DNA from: Schmidtea polychroa
Lineage: Eukaryota
DNA: 64,000 nt
NCBI GenBank assembly: GCA_044892525.1
Contig: CM097888.1
Span: forward strand, 33,542,001 to 33,606,000
Direction of reading: 5' to 3'
The notes beneath the pieces are model-generated. The model was not told the origin of the DNA, did no database searches, and saw only the letters and a program-made list of their open reading frames with translations. Numbering within the stretch: the first letter of the stretch is position 1; every line of letters begins with the position of its first letter. A program made the translations under genes and the position numbers. This document shows, in pieces, positions 55,844 to 64,000 of the stretch.

Positions 55844-56640
55844 TTGAATCAAAATAATATTTGGAATCCAATTTTAACGCGACACAAAAGTAAATTTAAT
55901 AATAAAATGTTTCCTGATAATTTTAGATTATTAATTGTTGGATTTTCAGGTTGTGGAAAGAATGTACTTCTTTTGAGAATGTTACTCGAGGATGGTTTTT
56001 TAAATTATAATAATTTAATATTTTATTCTACAACTATAAACCAGCCAAAACTACAACTTTTAAAATGTGGATTTGAAAATAAATTAACTAAAAAAGGAGT
56101 CATTGATATTTTTAAAAATCAACACAGATGTCCCGATGAAGTTTTTCAACCGTGTGATATGGTTGATTGGTACAAGGAAAATATTTTAGAATCAAACATT
56201 CCTAATAAAAATGATTATGTTAATAATAATGAATCAATACAAGTTTTATTCTCCAACAAACCTGAAGATGTAGTACATTGTGATTTTCTTTCCAAAGATA
56301 AAAAGAATCTAGTTATATTTGATGATGTTGTAAATATGAAAAATCAAGAAATTCAAAAAAGTTATTTTACTCGAGGTCGTCATAATAATTGTAATGTGAT
56401 TTATATTTCTCAAACTTATTATGCTTTGGATAAAAATTCAATTAGAAACAACTCCAATTGTTTCATCTTTTTTAAATTAGATAAGCGTGACAAGAATATG
56501 ATTTATGGTGATTTATTTTCAAATGTTGAACCCGACAAGAACATGTTTGATATGTTTGTTGATAATCATTGGAAAAAAAATACAATTATATTTATTTGGA
56601 TAAAGAAAAAGATGAGATGCAGAAAAGCTTGTTTAATTAA
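55844..56640 (+). pseudogene. A32-like DNA packaging ATPase (FtsK/HerA superfamily), 3' frameshift
   Basis: Walker A GFSGCGKN, Walker B LVIFDD, FTRGRH, YISQTY, IRNNSN; frameshift in the A-run at 56573-56580, restored frame ends ...KSLFN* at 56640. Confidence 0.9.
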
Positions 56641-56669
56641 AAAGTTGATTTTAAAATTTTGGAAAAATG

Positions 56670-57808
56670 TTAAAAACTTGATTTCTGTAATTCATTATTA
56701 TAAAATCTACCCAATATTTCTTCATTATTTAAATCGATGATACTATATGTAATTGGAATTGTATGATGTATTTTATTTATAATAAAAATTTCATTTGTCC
56801 ATTTCGCTGTGAATCCTTTTTCAAATTTATTTTTATATTTAAATATTCTTACTCGTTCACCAATTTTAAACTTTGGTTTTATAAGTGTTGTATCAACGCT
56901 CATAAAACCTTTTTCTAGACCAGTGTTTCCCAACGTGGGGCCCACGCCCCACTTGGGGGCAATTTCGATTTCCAGGGGGGCAATTTGTATTTCCAGGGGG
57001 CAATTTCAATACGTATATCGATAAAAATAGTTGGAAATTTTTTAAAAACTGTAAAATGTTTTGCATAGGGGGGACAAAAGAAAAAAAATTCAGCTAGGGG
57101 GGACATGAGCTAAAAAAAGGTTGGGAAACACTGTTCTAGACCATTTTCAATATTTATTTCTTTAACTCTTTCAGGGTTTGTAGAAGCATTTAAAGGTGTT
57201 TCTTTTATAGAACTATGTACATCATTATTATATTCATTTACTATCTTTTGTAACAATTCATTGTTCCATTTTTGTTTTCCAATAGCAGTAAAATATTTCC
57301 ACATTTTATTTTTTAATGTCCTATTTAATCTTTCAACTACGACTACTTTTCCTTCGTTTTCTTTTGAATATGATTTAATATCAATTTCTTGCAAAAATTT
57401 TGTAAAAACTTTGTTATAAAATTCTGTTCCTTTATCACACCATAAATATTTTGGAATTTTTTGATGTTTTTCAAATATATTTTCAAATGCTTCTGTAATA
57501 GAATATCCTGTTTTATTTTCTAAACCTCTTGCAAAAGCAAATCTTGTATATAAATCTATTACAGTTAAAATTATTTTATATTTTTCAGGGTCTGATGATT
57601 TGGTTGGCATAAAGACTAAATCAGCAGACCAAGTATGATCTTTTTCATAAACTTGAACTTTTAGATATTTTTTATTTTTTCTAAATTCATTGTGTAATTC
57701 GTTAGCATATTTTATTTGTGATTCTGTTGGGATTAGTAAATCAGTCTTGGATGCATTCTCAGCGTCTGTTTGTTCAATAATCTTTTTATTAGCAACATCT
57801 TTTGCCAC
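56670..57808 (-). pseudogene. Retroviral-type (rve) Polinton integrase with C-terminal PKFKIGERVRI domain, interrupted by a MITE
   Basis: WSADLVFM, LTVIDLYTRFAF, LWCDKGTEFYN, VERLNRTLK; removing 56921-57133 plus one TSD rejoins ENGLE/KGFMS in frame (918 nt). Confidence 0.92.
56921..57133. mobile_element. hAT-type MITE (213 bp) inside the integrase
   Basis: TIR CAGTGTTTCCCAAC / GTTGGGAAACACTG; perfect TSD TTCTAGAC. Confidence 0.95.
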
Positions 57809-58418
57809 CTATGAAAATCTTACGCTTCATTGCTAATTTAACTAGAGCTCTTTGAATCTTTTCTTGGGTTGATGGATTTTGTATATTATTTAAATCATGA
57901 ATTAAATTAACATTAGCAACATGTCTATCTCTAAGATTTTTTGAATTGTAAGTAATGTCGTGTTTTATAGCAGCTTGGTCAATTCTATTTATTGGTTCCT
58001 CTCCTTGTTTGGGATTATTATTTTCATCAAGTCTAATATCTAATCGTGTTCCAGGTGCAGTATAGTTGTGTTTAAATAAATGCCTTTCTCCTGGATATTT
58101 TTCAGTAGTAAAGGGTTTCAATAATGTTGATGTTAATTTTGAAGATTGTAAATGACCCCCTTGTTTTGAATTATAAGGGACTTGTGATTCAAAAGATGGT
58201 TCAAAAGCAAATCTACTCTCAGGATCGAAATCTAACCTTGGAATATTATTTGAAGATGAATTTTTATTTTCAGAATTTGTTTCATCTTCAAATTTATTTG
58301 ATGAAATTTTATTATTTGATCGAATTATATGTTTTTTAGTTTTAAGATGACTCGCTTTATGATGTCTTGTAACATCACAACGACAAATTTCACATGTCCA
58401 ATAACGTTTAGTAGACAT
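57789..58418 (-). CDS. Zinc finger plus parvovirus-VP1-type phospholipase A2 domain protein
   Basis: CEICRCDVTRHHKASHLKTKKH finger; HNYTAPGTRL...EPINRIDQAAIKHDITY matches YxGPG loop and HDxxY catalytic motif. Confidence 0.88.
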   Translation of the reverse strand: MSTKRYWTCEICRCDVTRHHKASHLKTKKHIIRSNNKISSNKFEDETNSENKNSSSNNIPRLDFDPESRFAFEPSFESQVPYNSKQGGHLQSSKLTSTLLKPFTTEKYPGERHLFKHNYTAPGTRLDIRLDENNNPKQGEEPINRIDQAAIKHDITYNSKNLRDRHVANVNLIHDLNNIQNPSTQEKIQRALVKLAMKRKIFIGGKRCC

Positions 58419-58529
58419 TTTAAAAAAATTAATTCCTAAAATCTTTCTTTGTAAAACTTTCTTTTATTGGTAAAACTTGTTTTAGTAATAAAAGTTGTTT
58501 ATTTCTTCAAATTTGTTTGGAGAATAAAC

Positions 58530-59818
58530 TTAATCTCCCCTAACATTCTCAATTATTGAAATCTTTCCACCATATAACTTCATTTCTATTTTCTTCTCTT
58601 CAAGAATTAATGTATATATTTTTTCTTTAAAATTAGAATCCTTTGTTATATGAAGAGTAACATCAACATTATTTATAACTAATCTATCATCTTAATCTGA
58701 AACATTTATACAGAATATAGAATACAAATTTTTGAAATCTTCTAAACTTAATTGTGGTTTTATTTTGAAGTCTTGGCATGTTTGAATATAATTTATATAT
58801 GGGAATATATTTTCATTGTTTTTTATATTAAACTCCATTCTATTTACTGGATAATAACTATTATTCAATTGAATTTGAATTGATTTTAAATTATCATCTC
58901 CAATCTTTTGAATAAACAAGTTGTTATTTTTTTGAAATGATACATCTGTTTCTTTGAATCCAATTAAAATATATCTTGGTCGATATGCTAAATTTGCTAC
59001 CTTTATAGAATATGTTGAACCCTCTCTCATATCAAATACACTACAGATTCTATTTAAATAATTTACATTTATAGACTTGTTGGAATTTAATCTTTCAAGT
59101 AATTTAATTTCAGCATGTGGATTTAATGTCCATTCGGGTATATGTAATTCAATTGTTGTTAATTTTAATTTATCTTTTGTATCTGCAGCTCCATAGAATA
59201 ATACTTTATCATCTTCTATTCTTTTACAAAGTAATTCTATAAAAACATTATGAAGTACACGATTATAATTTTGAAGGAATCCAAATAAATGTTTCAATTC
59301 AAAATAACCCTCAAATTTTTTAGATTTATAAAGTTCAACTCGTTTAGGATAACCATAATTTATATCTAAACCATCTTTATCTAAATCACTTTATTTACAT
59401 CAGGGATCCAACCCATTGATTCACCATATTCGTTTTTATAATCACAACCAGTCAAAACAAAATTTAACATTGAAGAATATACACCTGGATACAAAATATT
59501 TTCAATTTCTGATGATCCTAATTTTATTCTCATGTTGGAGAATAAATTTGGAAAGAAATTATTTTCTTGAGTTATATCTTTATTTGCTTCAATCTCTAAT
59601 TCAATTTTGTAATATAATTTTGCATTACAAATATCTATAGGGTTTGATGTTTGAAGAGATTGAAAAGCTATATCACCTGAACGATTTAAATTTGAAATGG
59701 AACCAGAGATTGAACAGATTTTAAGTACATCATTTTTCTTGATTTCATGAATAAAGTGTTAATCATAATCAAGATTTAATTTATTTTTTTCTGAAATCTC
59801 GAGATTTATATTATTCAT
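58530..59818 (-). pseudogene. Polinton double jelly-roll major capsid protein (about 429 aa; two stops, one frameshift)
   Basis: MNNINLE...NNFFPNLFSNMRIKLGSSEIE...YPG...; LKHLFGF; RPRYILIGF; IQLNNSYYP; LYSIFCINVSD*DDRL... Confidence 0.8.
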
Positions 59819-59884
59819 TTTTTATAATATAAATTTATATTTTTCAATATTTCAATATTTCAATATTAAAGATAGTAGTGTATA

Positions 59885-60037
59885 AGTTAGATATCTGTTT
59901 GTTTAAATAATTTGGAATTGGCGGTTTTTGTGAATTAATTAAAACTTGTTATTTAGAAATTCTTTGATTAAATATATATTGTTAGTTTCAAGATTTTTGC
60001 TGCAAATTTAAAGATGGATCTAAAGATGGATTTAACT
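59885..60037 (+). repeat. Putative 153-bp 5' LTR (AGTTA...TAACT) followed by PBS TGGCGACCACG
   Basis: Begins exactly where the Polinton inverted-repeat match stops (after TATA); PBS-like TGGCG overlaps the last base; 3' LTR not in window. Confidence 0.7.
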
Positions 60038-60079
60038 GGCGACCACGCCGAAAATCAAAATATCAACGCCATTTCGAAA

Positions 60080-61323
60080 TCGACAAAATCGCTAATGGAA
60101 TGCCTACCAAAATCATGCTCACCAAGACATGCTCACACTGAATATCAGACGATATGATGGACGGTGTTTAAAAGAAGCCGAAGAATGGATCAGGGATATA
60201 GAAGAATGATTGCTGACAAATGGACAGCGATTGACAAGCACTTTCGATGTGTTATTAGTGGCAGAAGCAAAGACATTGTGGGGAAACGTTAGAGAAACAG
60301 AAACAACAGATGTAAAATCCAAAGCGTGGTTCTTAAATACGTTCACAATTACAAAATCAATAACTGACAAAATCAGAGAATTGGCAGCTATTGAACAGGA
60401 AGATGATGAAAGGTTTGCAGATACGGCTAAGGAAAGCTTTAGCTGAAGTTATAAATTCAGGACGATCAGAAAAAGATATTGTTCAAGATCTCATCGCAAA
60501 TAAAGCACGCGATGCGAGACGGAGAGAGATACTATTGACGAAACCAGAAACAAAAATTGAAGAAACGAGATCATTGGCGAAAATTTTTGAAAGTAACAAA
60601 AATGGAAACCATAAAACAGAATTTATTAAAGCAATCGGTCAAAGAACATACGCTAGCGTGACTGAGGGAGGGAAGATGAGAATTCAAAAGAATACCCAAG
60701 ATCCCATGCCTACATCATCATAAAGAAGACTATCAGAAGACCCATTTAGTCACCACAGATCAAGAAGAGACAAACATCCTATACGCGGACCAATACAATA
60801 CGAAGGAAATAACCATGGTCGTCGAGAACAATACCCAAGAGAACAATTCTTGAGAAATGTGAGAATCCCGAATAGCTCAGAAAGGAAACTGCCAACAATA
60901 TCCATGAAGAATATTGCAAGGAGGCTGTACAACGAAAGTAGGGGACTACCACAAGCATCGGTCCCAAAATTAACGGTAGGTGATTGTTTTTGCTGTGGCG
61001 AAAGGGGACATAGAAGGTATGAGTGTCCACTGGGAAATAAATGCCTGATATGTGGCAAGGAAGGACACGGGTTCCGAGATTGTTTTTCGTTACGGAAAGA
61101 TGTTCCACGCCGATATCAAAGAATAGAGTGCATAGAAGAAGAAGATTCAAAATCTGAAACAAGAGATTACACCAAGAACAGCCAGGATTTGAGAATGGAT
61201 CACAGCAATATGGAAGATAGATACAATGTCCCTGAGAAATATACTATATTGAGAGAAGACGGAAAAATATCAGCGACTCCATGGGTTTCATTTCGTCGCT
61301 GGAGTCAAGACAATAAATTGTGA
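60080..61323 (+). pseudogene. gag: Gypsy gag with two CCHC zinc knuckles, frameshifted
   Basis: IRRYDGRCLKEAEEWIRDIEE; CFCCGERGHRRYEC and CLICGKEGHGFRDC. Confidence 0.85.
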
Positions 61324-61329
61324 AATAAG

Positions 61330-64000
61330 AAATGAACGACGAAGAGACGAGGCTGAAGAAGAGATGTACCAGACGAAAGATGGAAGAAATTGGAGTAAAA
61401 TAATGTTGAATAATGCCGAAACAGAGATGTTATGGGATTCTGGAGCATCAGTAACAGTCATGAGCAAGAATTTGTGGGAGAAAATAGGCAAACCAGAATT
61501 TAAACGTAGTATGATATTATTGTGCGGAGTCTTTTCAACTGGAGGTGAAGAAGCAATGGGATACATGACTATACCGGCCACATGGAATCAGAAGACCAAA
61601 ATGATCACAGTAGTAGTGGTAAAAGAGATCAAACCCGAATTCATAGGGGGCATTGATACAATGAAAGAGTTTGGAGTAAAGTTAGTGAAAATCAATAATA
61701 TAGAAACGTCATTGATAAACAAATTTTACACTGATGAAGAAAGAATAAATAAAGCACTAGTGGCGATGGCAGGTGAGAATAATAAAGATATTGAAGGAAT
61801 GATCAGGGAATACGGCGGAATTTTTATGGCATCGAAATTCGATCTGGGATTTACAAACTTAGTTCGACATGAGATGCGGATAACAGGAGGCCCAATAATG
61901 CAACATCCTCGACGTCAACCAATGAACATGGAGAAAAGGATTGAAGAACTGATAAAAGAGTTAATGAAAGCAAATGTTACTCGGTGTTGCAAGAGTCCTT
62001 GGAATACCCCGTTAGTGATAGTAGGGAAGAAAGATGGATCTATCAGGATGTGTGTAGATTATCGTGGATTAAATTCCATAACAGAAAAAGAGTCATTTCC
62101 TATGCCTAACACCAAATTCTTACTAGACTGTCTCGCGAATGCAAAAATATTTTCGTCAATCGATTTAGGTCAGGCGTATTATCAAGTGGAGTTAGCTCCT
62201 GAAATTCAAGAGATGACTGCATTCAGTACAAGAGAAGGACAATTTTGCTTCAATAGACTACCGTTTGGCTTAGCAACAGCCCCTGCGACATTCCAGTGAC
62301 TGATGCACACAGTGCTAGAAGGAATGCTATTCAAGGGAGTAGTAGTTTATCTAGATGATATCTTGGTATATGGTAAAAGTCAAAAAGACCACGATGATCT
62401 ATTAAGGGAAATATTCAGAAGAATTCAAGTGGCAGGACCGAAGATAAATCCAGAAAAATGCAAATTCAATAAAACAGAATTGTGTTTCCTTGGTCACACA
62501 ATTAACGAGAAGGGTATCCAGACAAACAGGAAGAAAGTGGAAGAGATCGAGAAAGCAGAAGTAACAAAATGTTCAAAACAATTGAGATCGTTTCTCGGAT
62601 TAACGAACTACTATAGAAGATTCATCAAAGACTATGCCAAAATCGCCGAACCATTACACGCTGCAACATCTGGATGCGATAAAGATATAAAGTGGACTAA
62701 AGAATGCAATGAGAGCTTCCAAACTCTGAAGAGACGGTTGTGTGAAGCACCTATCCTTGAGTCAAATTACAGAAGATAGAGAAGAATCTGTCATAGCTTA
62801 TGGCTCGAGACATATGTCATCACATGAAAAGGGATACTGTGTAACCAGGAAAGAACTGCTCGCCGTACATGAATACGTCATGCATTTTAGAGAATATTTG
62901 TACGGAAAAAAATTCATAATTCGCACCGACCACAAAGCATTGGTTTTCATGAACACTACAAAAACGCCAATCAGTCCGCAGTTCCAAACTTGGTTAGCTA
63001 ACCTGTCGGAATATGATTTTGAACTAAAATATCGGAAAGACGAAGAAAACTCGAATGCAGATGGACTATCAGGATTAAAAAGTATGGTTTGCACCCAGTG
63101 TCAAACAAGACATGAAGAAGCTAAGCAAGGAAAATCAAAGATTAGATATATATATACTATCCAAAGAACAGAAGCTATGGAAAAAGTATGGGAACAACAA
63201 CAAAAGGACATTCGGTTTCAAGAGCTGCGAGAGATATTGGAAAATGGATGTACACGGGAGAAAAAGAATTGTTTTCCTTTTAACGTAAAAAATACACGAA
63301 TTGATGGAGGATTAATAACAGTAGAAAAGAACAAAAATATCTTAATGTTAGTCCCAGAAACATTTGCAGGCCTGTTAACAACAACACTACATGAAGAACT
63401 ATGTCACATTGGAGTTAAGAAATTATTTCATTATATGGAAAAGATATTTTATTGGCCGAAAATGCAAGAAACAATCCAACTCTGTTTACGATGTTGCGAG
63501 ATCTGCGCTAAGAGTAAGATCGATCAGACAAGAACCAAGGAAACATTTATTCCTAGATATAGCTCTGAATTCCTAGAACAGATTGTTATAGATGTGGCTT
63601 ACATGGAAATAAACGCCATGAAAAAATATATGGTAGTAATGGTGGAACGTTTTAGCAAACTGATTTCTTTAACTGCAATCACAAAGCAAGACGAAGGGAC
63701 CATTTTCAAAACAATATACTTAATAGTTGGATCTATCAATTTGGAAAACCAAAGAGCATTTTAACAGATAGAGGCCGAAATTTCGAAGGGAATTTCCTAA
63801 GACAGAAACTACAGAAACTTGGAATCAAACAAGAATTCAGCTCACCTTACCAGCACCAATCAAATGGTTTAGCCGAACGAGCCATACGAACGATAAGAGA
63901 TCTTATTACAGCAACATTGGCAGGCGGATGTGAAGAGAGAAACTGGCACGAACTTCTACCCAGAATAGAGTTCACTATAAATAGCAGTCGACAAAGTGCT
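61330..64000 (+). pseudogene. pol: Gypsy pol (protease, RT, RNase H, integrase) with stop, deletion and frameshifts
   Basis: LWDSGAS, RMCVDYRGLN, LPFGLATAPATFQ*, VYLDDILV, RKELLAV...IRTDHKAL, HEELCH...CEIC, HQSNGLAERAIRT. Confidence 0.95.

Larger units (their letters stand above)
53131..59884. mobile_element. Decayed Polinton/Maverick (adintovirus-like) element, internally deleted
   Basis: Inverted repeats 53179-53227 / 59828-59884; encodes capsid, A32-like ATPase, retroviral-type integrase and PLA2 domain; left boundary inferred (AG start at 53131), right end cut by Gypsy LTR. Confidence 0.9.
59885..64000 (+). mobile_element. Ty3/Gypsy LTR retrotransposon, decayed, runs off the window
   Basis: LTR, PBS, gag, then PR-RT-RH-INT order. 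Confidence 0.95.

Noticed and set aside
53183-59880. CACTA-superfamily interpretation of CACTAC...GTAGTG ends
   Set aside because: Cargo is Polinton genes, and the right match ends at an LTR insertion, so these are internal parts of a longer terminal repeat

Overview
AT-rich eukaryotic (invertebrate-animal-like) genomic scaffold with six N-gaps (11972-12464, 36175-36320, 36587-36739, 37080-37328, 43536-43669, 47022-47319). Three spliced host genes can be reconstructed by eye: a DDAH-like gene (4454-12783, +, 5 exons) that has lost all three catalytic residues, 4-hydroxyphenylpyruvate dioxygenase HPD (33145-41645, +, 11 exons, 383 aa), and a CWC21/SRRM2-like splicing factor (52456-47551, -, 3 exons) with a 7-aa tandem repeat. 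Most of the rest is layered mobile DNA. The main elements are: a 9.3-kb gene-less Polinton/Maverick-type element (20189-29518; AGTAG..CTACT ends, 6-bp TSD AACCAA, 1.2-1.4 kb satellite-filled inverted arms) inserted into an actin-like pseudogene next to a pPolB fossil; a compact decayed Polinton/adintovirus-like element (about 53131-59884) encoding a major capsid protein, packaging ATPase and an apparent zinc finger-phospholipase A2-integrase fusion; and a Ty3/Gypsy element with AGTTA..TAACT LTR inserted into its right inverted repeat. Also present are hAT, Tigger, Tc1, MULE, piggyBac-like, Helitron-like and Penelope-like remnants (with hammerhead-like cores). A GC-rich, unclassified cassette with two intronless orphan ORFs lies at the start of the window. 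No rRNA, tRNA or CRISPR array was found. All family assignments rest on motif recognition from memory; no searches were run.
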